Origin: a virus
Strand: one strand, 5' to 3'
IMG/VR virus record: IMGVR_UViG_3300010218_000004
Span: 1 to 64,000 of that record
DNA: 64,000 bases
Both the position numbers and the translations under genes were made by a program. The notes beneath the pieces were generated by a model. The model was not told the DNA's origin and did not search any database. It saw only the letters and a list, made by a program, of their open reading frames with translations. Within the stretch, counting starts at the first letter, position 1. Every line of letters starts with the position of its first letter. Below are positions 9,051-18,051 of the stretch, piece after piece.

Positions 9051-9623
9051 ATGACCCACCCAGACACAAAGGACACGCGCACCATGACCCTCCGCCGCCC
9101 GAAGATCACACGCCGAGACTGCTACGCCACCGCCGCCCTCATCGCCTACATCGCCACCATCCCTGGCGCGAACTGGCTCGTGACCCACCTCGGCCCCGTC
9201 AGTGTCGGCTTCGGCTACAGCGCCCCGGCTGGCGTATACCTCGTCGGCCTCACCCTCGTCCTGCGTGACGCCGTGCAGCAGCTCCTCGGCCGCCGCGCCG
9301 CCCTCCTGGCCGTCGCCCTCGGCGTCGCCGTCTCATACGCCCTCGCTGACCCAACCCTGGCCCTCGCGTCCGTCGTCGGGTTCGCCGTCTCCGAACTCGC
9401 CGATACCGCCGTCTACACCTCACTCCGCGACCGCGGCCTCATCGGCGCCGTCCTCGCCGCGAACGCCGTCGGTCTCGTCCTCGACAGCGTGCTGTTCCTC
9501 GGGATCGCCTTCCACAGCCAGGAGTACCTGCCCGGCCAGATCCTCGCGAAGACGTACATGACGCTCGCCGCCGTCGTCGTCATAGCCGCCTACCGGCGCC
9601 CGGCCCGGAGGCTCGTCGCGTGA
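9051..9623 (+). CDS. yhhQ: YhhQ/VUT-family queuosine-precursor (preQ0/preQ1) transporter
   Basis: Multi-pass membrane protein. Carries ANWLV...LRDAVQ...SELADTAVYTSLR...ANAVGLVLDSVLF, typical of the YhhQ/DUF165 family. Confidence 0.8.
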   Translation: MTHPDTKDTRTMTLRRPKITRRDCYATAALIAYIATIPGANWLVTHLGPVSVGFGYSAPAGVYLVGLTLVLRDAVQQLLGRRAALLAVALGVAVSYALADPTLALASVVGFAVSELADTAVYTSLRDRGLIGAVLAANAVGLVLDSVLFLGIAFHSQEYLPGQILAKTYMTLAAVVVIAAYRRPARRLVA

Positions 9624-10531
9624 GAGCCAAGCTCATGCTTGGTACCTGCGAGGATCACTGGCTCTGGTCGGATGACCCCCGTTTCGACGGCATCACCTTC
9701 TTCGTCTCCCGTAACCGCTTCGCGCGGCGCAAGAAGGAGATGCCGCGGGCCCTCCACCCCTTCGCCATGGATTCCGGCGGATACACGGAGCTCCAGCGGC
9801 ACGGCCGCTGGCGCTCCACCCCGCAGGAATACGTCGACGAGGTACGCCGCTACATCAGCGAACTCGGCGAGGACATGGTCCTGTGGATCGCCCCGCAGGA
9901 CTGGATGACCGAGCCCTGGACGATCTTCGGCGGATGGCACGACGGCCAGCACTTCGTCGGTACCCGCGAGGCCCGCGGCCTCGCCCCCGGCGACCCCGAG
10001 CAGGACCTCACCACCGCCGCCCGTATCCACATCCGTTACACCGTCGACAACTTCCTCGAGCTGAGGCGAATCGCCCCCGACCTCAAAATCATCCCGGTAC
10101 TCCAGGGCCAGAAGCTCGACGACTACAAGTACTGCGCCAGCCTCTACGAGGCAGCCGGTATCGACCTCGCCGCCGAACCCGTCGTCGGCCTCGGCAGTGT
10201 CTGCCGCCGTGAGGCCACCCTCGAAATCGCCGAACTCGTCGCCCACTTCACCGACCTCGGCCTCAACCTCCACGGCTTCGGAGTCAAGTCGAGCGGCCTC
10301 AGCCTCTACGGAGACGACCTCGTCTCCGCCGACTCCCAAGCCTGGTCCTTCGGGATGCGCCGTCGCAAGAAGGGCCCCGACGGCAGCCGCCGCCTCCCCG
10401 GATGCACACACCGCGCCCAGACATGCGCGCACTGCCCGGAGGCCGCAGTCCGCTGGTACCGCCGTGCTCTCAACAGCGCGCACCCCGAGAACGGCTGGCA
10501 AATGACGCTGGACATGGCCGTCGTCGCGTGA
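9620..10531 (+). CDS. dpdA: DpdA-like (tRNA-guanine transglycosylase superfamily) 7-deazaguanine DNA transglycosylase
   Basis: Has the TGT catalytic motif AMDSGGYTELQ, a second Asp region (DDLVSADSQAWSF) and a C-terminal Cys cluster (C..C..C). Coupled to yhhQ. Confidence 0.8.
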   Translation: MRAKLMLGTCEDHWLWSDDPRFDGITFFVSRNRFARRKKEMPRALHPFAMDSGGYTELQRHGRWRSTPQEYVDEVRRYISELGEDMVLWIAPQDWMTEPWTIFGGWHDGQHFVGTREARGLAPGDPEQDLTTAARIHIRYTVDNFLELRRIAPDLKIIPVLQGQKLDDYKYCASLYEAAGIDLAAEPVVGLGSVCRREATLEIAELVAHFTDLGLNLHGFGVKSSGLSLYGDDLVSADSQAWSFGMRRRKKGPDGSRRLPGCTHRAQTCAHCPEAAVRWYRRALNSAHPENGWQMTLDMAVVA

Positions 10532-11154
10532 ACGCGCCCGCCCCGCCACGAGATAGGAACCGACCGGTGACCGTAGCCCTCATCCCGCCCATCACCGGGT
10601 ACCCGGGCCGTATCGAGGCGACCGCTCTGACCGAGGGCCCCCGCTTCGTCCGCACCGAGGCCATGACCCGCTGGCACCGGCCCCGCTCCGCGTTCCTCCG
10701 GCACCGCGACTCGGTCACCGTCTTCGACCTGTGGTGCGGGCAGATCACGTTCAGCTACAAGGCCCTCACCGCCGACACCGTCCCGGCTGGCGACCGGGTG
10801 TGCGCCACCTGCGACGGTCGCGCGGTCGGCGCCGGCCAGGAGACGGACGGCCCGGCCGGCCGCACCCTCACCTTCCAGCCCCGCCACCTCAACCCGCCCC
10901 GCAACTGCCCCGGTTCCCGGACCGGCATGTTCGAGGAGCTCCCCGGCGGCCGCGCCGGCCGATGCCTCGTCTGCGGCGACTGCCAGCCGCTGCGCGCCAT
11001 GGGAGGCCCGTACGCCTCCCGCTACGCGATCGTCCAGCACGACCCCGGCAAGGCCCTCGTCGCACCGTGCCCGTTCCACCGCTGGCGCGCCCTGTCCGCC
11101 CGTGACGGCCGCATCTACTGCCCGTGCGGCACCGAGTTGAGGCCCGTCACGTAG
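10528..11154 (+). CDS. Hypothetical Cys-rich protein
   Basis: GTGA coupling to dpdA (GTG 10567 is the alternative start). Contains several CxxC pairs. Confidence 0.55.
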   Translation: MNAPAPPRDRNRPVTVALIPPITGYPGRIEATALTEGPRFVRTEAMTRWHRPRSAFLRHRDSVTVFDLWCGQITFSYKALTADTVPAGDRVCATCDGRAVGAGQETDGPAGRTLTFQPRHLNPPRNCPGSRTGMFEELPGGRAGRCLVCGDCQPLRAMGGPYASRYAIVQHDPGKALVAPCPFHRWRALSARDGRIYCPCGTELRPVT

Positions 11155-11225
11155 GCCCGCCCATCCCGCCGTTCCCCCCGGCCCGCCCGACGGGTGCGGG
11201 GTAGTGGCGCATCACACCAAACAAA

Positions 11226-11258
11226 AGTCATATGCACGCGCATGACATACGCTAGTGT
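11226..11258 (+). promoter_or_regulatory. Promoter/operator AGTCAT-N10-ATGAC-N6-TAGTGT
   Basis: Same spacing and flanks as the 9006-9038 element. Confidence 0.5.
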
Positions 11259-11290
11259 CGTGCCACCGCACCCCACCCCGGAGTCGCCGC

Positions 11291-11425
11291 ATGCCCGCAC
11301 ACCGCCATGACGTCGACGTGCCGTTCACCATCACCGGCACCGTCGCGGCCGTCGTCCTCGTCGCCCTCGCCGTCACCGTCGGCACCGCCGCCGTCCTCGC
11401 CCACGCCGCCCGCACCGTCCGATAG
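11291..11425 (+). CDS. Hypothetical small membrane protein (44 aa)
   Basis: Translated by hand. GGAG RBS and a single TM segment (GTVAAVVLVALAVTVGTAAVLA). Confidence 0.4.
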   Translation: MPAHRHDVDVPFTITGTVAAVVLVALAVTVGTAAVLAHAARTVR

Positions 11426-11441
11426 GCCCGGGACCCACCGC

Positions 11442-11876
11442 ATGCCCACCGACACCTCGACACCCACCCTCGAGCAGCTCCTCAACCTCGCCGACCGCGC
11501 CGAGTACAACGGCGGCCTCACCCACGCCGAGGCGAACCGGCTCCGCGCCGGCCTCCGCACCTACGGCCTGCCCATCGAGGCCCACGTCGCGGAACTCCGC
11601 CGAAGCAACTGGGATCTCGGCAACCGCCTCGGGCGCGTCACCACCGCCCACAAGTCGATCTCGGCCCGGTTCGCCGCCCTCCGCCAGAACAACCGCAGCC
11701 TCAGTAACCGCCTCTGGCGCGCCACCACCGCCCACCGAACGACCGTCGACGCGGAGGCGCACGCCGCCGTCCACCGCGTCACCGCCCTCGCGCAGCGCTG
11801 GTCGTTCATCCCCGCCAAGCGGCAGGCCGCCGCCGCCATCCTCGCCGCCCTCCACAACAAGGACACCGATGACTGA
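11442..11876 (+). CDS. Hypothetical coiled-coil protein
   Basis: Internal ATG of ORF 11307..11876. The upstream part of that ORF is Ser/Pro-rich and looks non-coding. Confidence 0.6.
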   Translation: MPTDTSTPTLEQLLNLADRAEYNGGLTHAEANRLRAGLRTYGLPIEAHVAELRRSNWDLGNRLGRVTTAHKSISARFAALRQNNRSLSNRLWRATTAHRTTVDAEAHAAVHRVTALAQRWSFIPAKRQAAAAILAALHNKDTDD

Positions 11877-12243
11877 CAACCCCTCCACGCCCGGCCCCGC
11901 CCCGAAACCGCCCGTGCCGGCCGTGAAGTTCCTCCCCTGGCCGCGCATCCCCGTCGACACCGCCGACGGCAGCATCCACTACCAGCTCACGAACATCGGC
12001 CGTCGCGTCGCCTACGACTGGATCATGGGCCCCGACGGCCCGTACGAGCACCCCGAGCAGTCCATGTCCGCGACCGTCCGCGGCCTCGTCGGCGTCACCC
12101 TCCTCCACCTCCTGGAGCTCGGCCTCATCGACGTCGACACCGACCGCATGGCGGCCGCCGACGGCATCCCCTGGGGCCTCACCGACTGCCGCCCCAACCC
12201 CACGGAGCAGCCGGCCGGCCGCACGGAGGCCACCGATGCGTGA
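11869..12243 (+). CDS. Hypothetical protein, paralogue A
   Basis: Shares WPRI(P/D)VDTA...GPDGP(Y/F)..P.QS......RG.....LLHL.ELGLIDVDTDR with 12236..12565. Confidence 0.65.
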   Translation: MTDNPSTPGPAPKPPVPAVKFLPWPRIPVDTADGSIHYQLTNIGRRVAYDWIMGPDGPYEHPEQSMSATVRGLVGVTLLHLLELGLIDVDTDRMAAADGIPWGLTDCRPNPTEQPAGRTEATDA

Positions 12244-12565
12244 CGCCAAGCCGCCCGTACCCGCGCGCACGTTCGACGACTGGCCGCGCATCGACGTCGA
12301 CACCGCCCGCGGCGGCCCGTACCACCACGTCGAACGCCTCGCCGTCTCCGCCGCCAACCACTGGGCCCTCGGCCCCGACGGCCCGTTCAAACAGCCCGGC
12401 CAGTCCCTCGCCGAGATCGTCCGCGGCGCCGTCCACGAGGGACTCCTCCACCTCGCCGAACTCGGCCTCATCGACGTCGACACCGACCGCCTCAACGCCG
12501 CCCACGGCTACCCCACCGACCGCACCGGCCTCCGCCCCAACACCGAGGACTCCGCCCGTGGCTGA
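12236..12565 (+). CDS. Hypothetical protein, paralogue B
   Basis: Tandem paralogue of 11869..12243 with overlapping start and stop. Confidence 0.65.
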   Translation: MRDAKPPVPARTFDDWPRIDVDTARGGPYHHVERLAVSAANHWALGPDGPFKQPGQSLAEIVRGAVHEGLLHLAELGLIDVDTDRLNAAHGYPTDRTGLRPNTEDSARG

Positions 12566-12908
12566 CACGCCCACACCCCGCCGTGCCTTCATCGAGGAAG
12601 TCACCCGCGTCGTCGCACGGATCGGGGAGCAGCACCACCCCGCCCTCTCCGGCCCCACCCCCGTCCAGGCGGAGGCCCGCGCGCTGTTCGCCCGCTACGC
12701 CCGCAACTACGGCCGTATCAACCGCGGCCTCTACGACCCGCGCGACCAGGACCCCGTACCGGACTGGACCGGCCTCCTCCTCGAGCCCGTCTACGACGCG
12801 CTCGCCCAACCTGACCCCGCCCGGCAGCGCGACCACCTCGTCAACGTCGCCGCTACCGCCATCGCCTGGGCCGCCGACATCGACCGACAGGAGCCCACCC
12901 GTGGCTGA
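12558..12908 (+). CDS. Hypothetical protein
   Basis: GTG in the junction CCCGTGGCTGACAC. The N-terminus is VADTP. Confidence 0.6.
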   Translation: MADTPTPRRAFIEEVTRVVARIGEQHHPALSGPTPVQAEARALFARYARNYGRINRGLYDPRDQDPVPDWTGLLLEPVYDALAQPDPARQRDHLVNVAATAIAWAADIDRQEPTRG

Positions 12909-14343
12909 CACCCCCTGCATCGCGCACCCGAACGCACCCGTTATCGGTGGTGTATGCGGAGGATGCACCCAATACCCCGCCGACCTCGCGGACGCAGACA
13001 ACGGCGTGTGCTCGCGCCACCCGAGGGCCTCCCTCGCCGACGGGGCAGCGTGCACGGCCTGCTTCCTCGACCCGCTCGTCAACCGCGACCTCCTCGGCCA
13101 CACCGCACGGCACGGCGAGGCCGCCGACGAATTCGGGCCGACCCTCCAGCCCGGCGACACCCCCGGCACCACCACCGTCGAGATCACCGCCGACCTCAGC
13201 AAGTGGTACACGGCCCTCGCCGGCCGGCGTCAACGGCCGCCCCGCCACGCCGACAAAGCGCGCCGCAGCCGGTACGCGGCCGCGATCCGTGACCACCTCA
13301 AGGCGTTCACCCTCGCGCCCCTCACCCCCGGCGGGCCGCCCGCCCTCGGCGAGACCGAGTACGACATCGCCGACGTCGTCCTGGCCGAACGCGACACTGA
13401 CCTCGAACGCCTCCGCGCCGAACGCGACCAGGCCCGCGCCGAACGCGACGCCGCCCTCCGTCTCGCCGGCGTGTGGGCCGACGCCCCCGACCCCCTCGTC
13501 CGCCACTCCGCCGCCGACCTCCGCTCCGCCATCTACGGCGCCCTCCCGGCAGCGACGGAAGCGACCGACGCCCCCATGTGCGGCGCTGCAACGCCCGGCG
13601 CGTTCCTGCGCCTCATCGGCCCATGCGTCAAGGGCCCGGGCCATGCCAGCCAGTGGCACCGCGACGCCCGTGGAACCGAGTTCACGAACCACACCACCGA
13701 GACGGAGCCCGGTCCCGACCCGTGCTCCGGATGCCGCATCGTGCCCTGCGGTGCCTGCACCACGCCCGCGCCCCGGCTCCTCGACTGCGGCCTCTGCTAC
13801 GAGGAGAACGGCGAGGAGGTACACCCGCACCCCGAGTGCCGCATGGGAGGCCGCGCCCCACGCAACCTCCGGAAAGCGCTTGCCCGCGCTCTCCGCCGCG
13901 GCGAGCGTGGCGACGCCGCCCTCCACTGGGTCAGCGCCGAACGGGACCGCCTCCAGCGCGCCGTCGACGGCCTCCGCCGCCTCAACGAGGTCACCGCCGA
14001 CGCCTCCTGCCGTGTCCAGGCCCGCGAGCACGCACGCGACAACCTCGCCCTCCTCAACGGCATCCTCGGCGAACCCGTCACCGTGCCCGACGTGAGCAAG
14101 GCGTCCAGCGCCCGCGAAGACCTCCTCAACCTCATGGCCCTGTGGGGACTCACAACCGGCCGCGGGTCCCGCGAGCACGCCGACCGCATCCTCAACCGGC
14201 GCGCCCACGAGGCCGCCGAAGACCTCCGCGCCTGGGCAGCCACCGGAGACGCAGGCGCCGACGAATACGGGTCGGCGGACAACGTCCTCGAGGGCGCCGA
14301 CCGCATCGACCCCCACTCCGACCGCTACGTGCCGCGCCCCTGA
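12901..14343 (+). CDS. Hypothetical large protein (480 aa) with Cys clusters and coiled-coil segments
   Basis: GTG in a second copy of CCCGTGGCTGACAC. The N-terminus is again VADTP. It is the tail of ORF 12583..14343. Confidence 0.65.
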   Translation: MADTPCIAHPNAPVIGGVCGGCTQYPADLADADNGVCSRHPRASLADGAACTACFLDPLVNRDLLGHTARHGEAADEFGPTLQPGDTPGTTTVEITADLSKWYTALAGRRQRPPRHADKARRSRYAAAIRDHLKAFTLAPLTPGGPPALGETEYDIADVVLAERDTDLERLRAERDQARAERDAALRLAGVWADAPDPLVRHSAADLRSAIYGALPAATEATDAPMCGAATPGAFLRLIGPCVKGPGHASQWHRDARGTEFTNHTTETEPGPDPCSGCRIVPCGACTTPAPRLLDCGLCYEENGEEVHPHPECRMGGRAPRNLRKALARALRRGERGDAALHWVSAERDRLQRAVDGLRRLNEVTADASCRVQAREHARDNLALLNGILGEPVTVPDVSKASSAREDLLNLMALWGLTTGRGSREHADRILNRRAHEAAEDLRAWAATGDAGADEYGSADNVLEGADRIDPHSDRYVPRP

Positions 14344-14475
14344 ACCCGGCGCGCCCCACTGGACACGGCCGAACGGGTCAACAAGCTTGCAAGCCTGGCG
14401 AGTTGCCGCGTTCGGCCTGGTCACCGGGCCCACGGCACTCCCGGCACCGTCCACACCGATCGGAAGGGAACCACC

Positions 14476-14655
14476 GTGCTCAACAGTGTCGAGGCATCCG
14501 CCGTGTTCGTGCTCGCCGTCACCCTCTACGCCGCCGGCCCCCTCACCGCCCCCCGCCCGGCCCCCGCACCGTCCTCCCGGCCCCGCCCGTCCTGGGCGCG
14601 CGGCCCCATCACCGCGACCCGCTACACCCGCACCCACACCCGGAGACACCGATGA
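14476..14655 (+). CDS. Hypothetical small protein (59 aa)
   Basis: Translated by hand. GGAAGGGA RBS and an ATGA overlap with the next gene. Confidence 0.4.
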   Translation: MLNSVEASAVFVLAVTLYAAGPLTAPRPAPAPSSRPRPSWARGPITATRYTRTHTRRHR

Positions 14656-14942
14656 CGTCCACGCTGCCCGTCCTCCTCCTCCACGCCGCCCTCAGCCTGC
14701 TCGGTCTCGCCGCCTTCGCCCTCTGGGCCGCGCACCGCATCACCTACCGCACGTGCGCCGGCCTCGTCGCCGTCCCCTTCGCCGTCGCCAGCATCGAATC
14801 CTTCGCCGTCGGCGACACCCTCGGCGGCCTCCTCCAACTCGCCGTCACCCTCGGCCTCATCCTCGTCTGGCGGACCCGCATCGTCATCACCCGCACCGGG
14901 CCCGGGCAGCCGTCCCGTCCGGACACCACGAAGGTGTCGTGA
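14652..14942 (+). CDS. Hypothetical membrane protein (3 TM segments)
   Basis: Tail of ORF 13473..14942, hydrophobic throughout. Confidence 0.6.
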   Translation: MTSTLPVLLLHAALSLLGLAAFALWAAHRITYRTCAGLVAVPFAVASIESFAVGDTLGGLLQLAVTLGLILVWRTRIVITRTGPGQPSRPDTTKVS

Positions 14943-15283
14943 CCCTCTACGTGAGCCCGGGGCGCCCCTGCTACTGGATCATCCAGGGCGCCCCGTGCGG
15001 CCTCCTCCACGACCACGACGGCGACCACACCCCGCACGAGGTCGGCGGATACCTCCCCGCCCCCCTCCTCCACCCCCTCGCCATCCTCGCGCTCCACCGC
15101 CCCGCCTGGCCCAAGCGCTGCCCCCTGTGCCGGGCCGTCATCGACACCGCCAGCTGGAGCAGCGAAACCCTCATCTACCCCGCCGACGACTTCCACCCAG
15201 CCGTCACGCAAACCGTCTGGGAGTTCGGGCCATGCGGATGCGAGGGCCGAACCCTCCTCACCCCGCCCACGGAGCACACATGA
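14939..15283 (+). CDS. Hypothetical protein
   Basis: GTGA coupling to the preceding gene. Tail of ORF 14387..15283. Confidence 0.55.
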   Translation: MTLYVSPGRPCYWIIQGAPCGLLHDHDGDHTPHEVGGYLPAPLLHPLAILALHRPAWPKRCPLCRAVIDTASWSSETLIYPADDFHPAVTQTVWEFGPCGCEGRTLLTPPTEHT

Positions 15284-15792
15284 CCGACCTGCGGCACACC
15301 CTCGACGCCCTCAACGCCCTCGACCTCCAGCGCGTCCGCTACGAACTCGAAACCCTCGAGGCCATCCGCGACTGGGCCATGCAGCAACTCCACATCGACT
15401 ACCGGCCCGGGGACCGCATCGTCATCGTCGACGACCGCCCCTCATCCGTCGGCCGCGAACACGGCTGGTACACGTACCGCGAGGCCCTCGCCCCCGGACA
15501 GACCGGCACCGCCGGCCCCATCCGCTTCAACACCGCGAGCAAGACCTGGAACGTCGAGGTCTGCATGTCCCGCACCTGGACAGTCGAGGAACGCGACACC
15601 CACGGCCCGAACGGCGTCGACCGGACCCTCATCCGCCACTGGAACGGCCCCGCCTCCGAAACCCCCGACGGCTACCAGCCGCCCAGCCCGTACCGGCAGG
15701 AGCAGCACCCCGACGGCCGCACCGTCTCCTTCTGCATGGACGTCACCTACGTCGCCAAGGCCCCCGACACCCCCGGAGACACACCGTGCTGA
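15280..15792 (+). CDS. Hypothetical protein
   Basis: ATGA coupling to the preceding gene. Tail of ORF 14995..15792. Confidence 0.6.
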   Translation: MTDLRHTLDALNALDLQRVRYELETLEAIRDWAMQQLHIDYRPGDRIVIVDDRPSSVGREHGWYTYREALAPGQTGTAGPIRFNTASKTWNVEVCMSRTWTVEERDTHGPNGVDRTLIRHWNGPASETPDGYQPPSPYRQEQHPDGRTVSFCMDVTYVAKAPDTPGDTPC

Positions 15793-15936
15793 CCTGGCTC
15801 CTACGACGCCTCCGCGTCCACCACCGCTCCACGCGAGCACAACGCCGACGCCCCCACTGCGGATGCGGCCGCTACCACCCCGGCCCACGCCGCCGATAAC
15901 CCCCGTCCCTCACCACCTTTCCGGAGCCACCACCGC

Positions 15937-16722
15937 ATGCGCACCGTCCAGCCCCAGGTACACCTCATCGGCCGCCCCACCCTCGACTACGACGCCATCG
16001 CCGCATACCTCCACGACGTCGGCGGCCACACATGGCTCGAACGCCTCGACCGCGGCGAACTCGACGGCGCCCAGAACCTCGCAGAGCTCGCCGGCCGCAT
16101 CTGCTACCGATCATGGGAGCCCGGACTCAACCCCAACGTGACCCGGGTACGCACCGATCAGGACGACTACCTCGGCAACATCCTCGCCGCCACCCACGGC
16201 TCCGTAGTCGAACACGCCACCTTCAACTTCATCCTCCACAACGTCAGCCGCGTCGTCACCCACGAACTCGTGCGCCACCGCGTCGGCGTCGCCGTCTCTC
16301 AGGAATCCCTCCGCTACGTACGCCTCACCGACCTCCCGTTCTGGTTCCCCGACTGGGCACACGACGACGACGAACTCACCACCCGCGCAACCACCCTCCT
16401 CGAGCAGATGGAGGCGTTCCAGCAGTGGATGGCCGACCACTTCGCCCTCGACGACCCCGGCGTCCCCTTCACAGAGAAGAAGGCCAAGACCTCATTCATG
16501 CGCCGCTTCGCCCCGGAGGGCCTGGCCACCGGCCTCGTCTGGTCCGCGAACATCCGCACCCTCCGACACGTCATCGAGACCCGCACCGCACCCGGAGCCG
16601 AAGAGGAGATACGCCTCGTCATCGGCAAGGTCGCCGAACTCGTACAACGGGAGGCCCCGGCCCTGTTCGGCGACTACACCATCGAAGACGGCGCATGGGT
16701 CCCCGGCTGGCGCAAGGTGTGA
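15937..16722 (+). CDS. thyX: FAD-dependent thymidylate synthase ThyX
   Basis: ThyX signature RHRVGVAVSQESLRYV (RHR-x7-S-x-R type), and the length fits. Confidence 0.92.
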   Translation: MRTVQPQVHLIGRPTLDYDAIAAYLHDVGGHTWLERLDRGELDGAQNLAELAGRICYRSWEPGLNPNVTRVRTDQDDYLGNILAATHGSVVEHATFNFILHNVSRVVTHELVRHRVGVAVSQESLRYVRLTDLPFWFPDWAHDDDELTTRATTLLEQMEAFQQWMADHFALDDPGVPFTEKKAKTSFMRRFAPEGLATGLVWSANIRTLRHVIETRTAPGAEEEIRLVIGKVAELVQREAPALFGDYTIEDGAWVPGWRKV

Positions 16723-16766
16723 CCACAGCCGCGTAGCTACACCCGTAGCGACACACCCCACCCCAT

Positions 16767-16811
16767 GGTCATGACGGTCACCGTTCCCGCCGCAGGTCAT
16801 GACGGTTCACA
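16767..16811. repeat. Direct repeat GGTCATGACGGT x2 (palindromic core GTCATGAC)
   Basis: Copies start at about 16767 and 16794, in the gap between the convergent blocks. Confidence 0.5.
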
Positions 16812-16818
16812 CGCGTAA

Positions 16819-16844
16819 GCCCCCGAGCCTCGATGCTCGGGGGC
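16819..16844. terminator. Hairpin between the convergent blocks, loop CTCGAT
   Basis: GCCCCCGAGC-CTCGAT-GCTCGGGGGC. Confidence 0.65.
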
Positions 16845-16866
16845 CTTCGTGTGTTTCCGGGGCTGG

Positions 16867-17034
16867 TCAGCCGATGACGGTCAGCAGGGCGGCCGGCAGT
16901 TCGTACGCCTGGCCGCTGTCCTCGGCGGTGACTGTCCAGATGTCGCCGCAATAGGCGTCCTGCTCGCCGACGATGGCGGTGCGCAGCGTGCCCTGGATCA
17001 GGACTCGGGCGCCGTTGCGGATGTTCTGCTCCAT
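16867..17034 (-). CDS. Hypothetical small protein (55 aa)
   Basis: Internal ATG with an AAGGAG RBS. Downstream of promoter cassette P1. Confidence 0.55.
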   Translation of the reverse strand: MEQNIRNGARVLIQGTLRTAIVGEQDAYCGDIWTVTAEDSGQAYELPAALLTVIG

Positions 17035-17072
17035 GGTGTTCTCCTTCGTCGGGGGGCTTGTTGCCCCGTCCT

Positions 17073-17110
17073 TGTAGCTACAGCTTGGCATGCCGTGTAG
17101 CTACACGCAA
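17073..17110 (-). promoter_or_regulatory. Promoter cassette P1: TTGCGT(-35)-TGTAGCTACA...-10-TGTAGCTACA
   Basis: Perfect palindromes at 17073-17082 and 17096-17105. The -35 TTGCGT is the complement of 17105-17110. Confidence 0.7.
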
Positions 17111-17176
17111 GGGGGTCGGGGGAGGATGACCATGCCGACCGTCACCCCTCGACCGGGTGGCGGCCGGCGCAGCACG

Positions 17177-17776
17177 TCAGTGGTCCGGCGCGCCGTACAT
17201 GTCGGGGGTTTCGTCGAGGCAGCCGGGGCACATGCAGCGGCACGACTCCTCGTAGCCCGTGCACGGTCCCGGCCGTCCCGGCTCCCCGTCCTCGTGCGCG
17301 AGGACGCCCGGGCACGGCGGCCCCGGGTTCGGGCAGTCGGCGACGGCCATCTCATGCCGGGCGCACCAGGTGCGCATGCCGACGTCCAGCTGTGCGTCAC
17401 CCCAGGCGTGGTCGTACCGTCGGGCGTCCGGCTCCCACGGGCACAACGCCTCCACCGTCGGGAGCGGGCAGGCCGGCGGCCCCATGTGGTCGCCGGGCGC
17501 CGTGTGCCAGGTACGGCCGTCGGGGCCGACCCAGTCCACCCACTCCAGCTCCTCGACGCCGAACCGGGACCGCTGCCGCCACCAGCGGGTAGCGGCGACA
17601 CCGCAGTCCAGGCAACGCCGGTACTCCCTACCGACCGCCTCGTCCCGGTGCCCCAGCTCCCACCGGTGCTCTCCCCACACTGCCCGGGCCCGCTCGGTGA
17701 GCTGCGCACGGAAGGCGTCAACCACGGCCCGGTCGCCGGGCGTCAGGCGGGCGCGCGGGTCGTTACCGCAGCGCAT
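17177..17776 (-). CDS. Hypothetical Cys-rich protein
   Basis: Internal ATG of ORF 17177..17884 that overlaps the upstream stop (TGATG). Confidence 0.6.
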   Translation of the reverse strand: MRCGNDPRARLTPGDRAVVDAFRAQLTERARAVWGEHRWELGHRDEAVGREYRRCLDCGVAATRWWRQRSRFGVEELEWVDWVGPDGRTWHTAPGDHMGPPACPLPTVEALCPWEPDARRYDHAWGDAQLDVGMRTWCARHEMAVADCPNPGPPCPGVLAHEDGEPGRPGPCTGYEESCRCMCPGCLDETPDMYGAPDH

Positions 17777-18051
17777 CACCGGGCCACCGCCGCGAGGCAC
17801 GCCGCGATGATGACCACCGACGGGGTGTCGCTCGGGAAGTCGACGACGGCGCCGTTCGGGCAGGTGAGGCCGGAGTCGTTGCACTCGTTGGTGACCGCGA
17901 ACACGGCACCGTCACGGCGCACCATGCTGAGCGGGTACTCGGGGTCGGCGGTCCAGCCGGCGGCCTCGAGGGCCTCGACGACGTCGACGCGGTCGAGCCA
18001 CCCCGGCTCGGGCCGGTCGAAGGCGATACGGACCCGCCCCGCGGTGCTCAC
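17776..18051 (-). CDS. Hypothetical protein (91 aa)
   Basis: GTGA coupling to the 18048..19037 gene. Tail of ORF 17776..18609. Confidence 0.55.
   Translation of the reverse strand: MSTAGRVRIAFDRPEPGWLDRVDVVEALEAAGWTADPEYPLSMVRRDGAVFAVTNECNDSGLTCPNGAVVDFPSDTPSVVIIAACLAAVAR

Noticed and set aside
15786-15899. A 37-aa ORF (VLTWLLRRLRVHHRS...) filling the gap before thyX.
   Set aside because: It has only moderate third-position GC, no clear RBS, and is extremely Arg-rich. The evidence is too weak to call.
17137-17160. A hairpin CGTCACCC-CTCGACC-GGGTGGCG as a further member of the conserved-loop family.
   Set aside because: The loop motif is present but in the opposite orientation relative to the upstream (leftward) gene, and the stem has a mismatch. 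I left it out of the family count.
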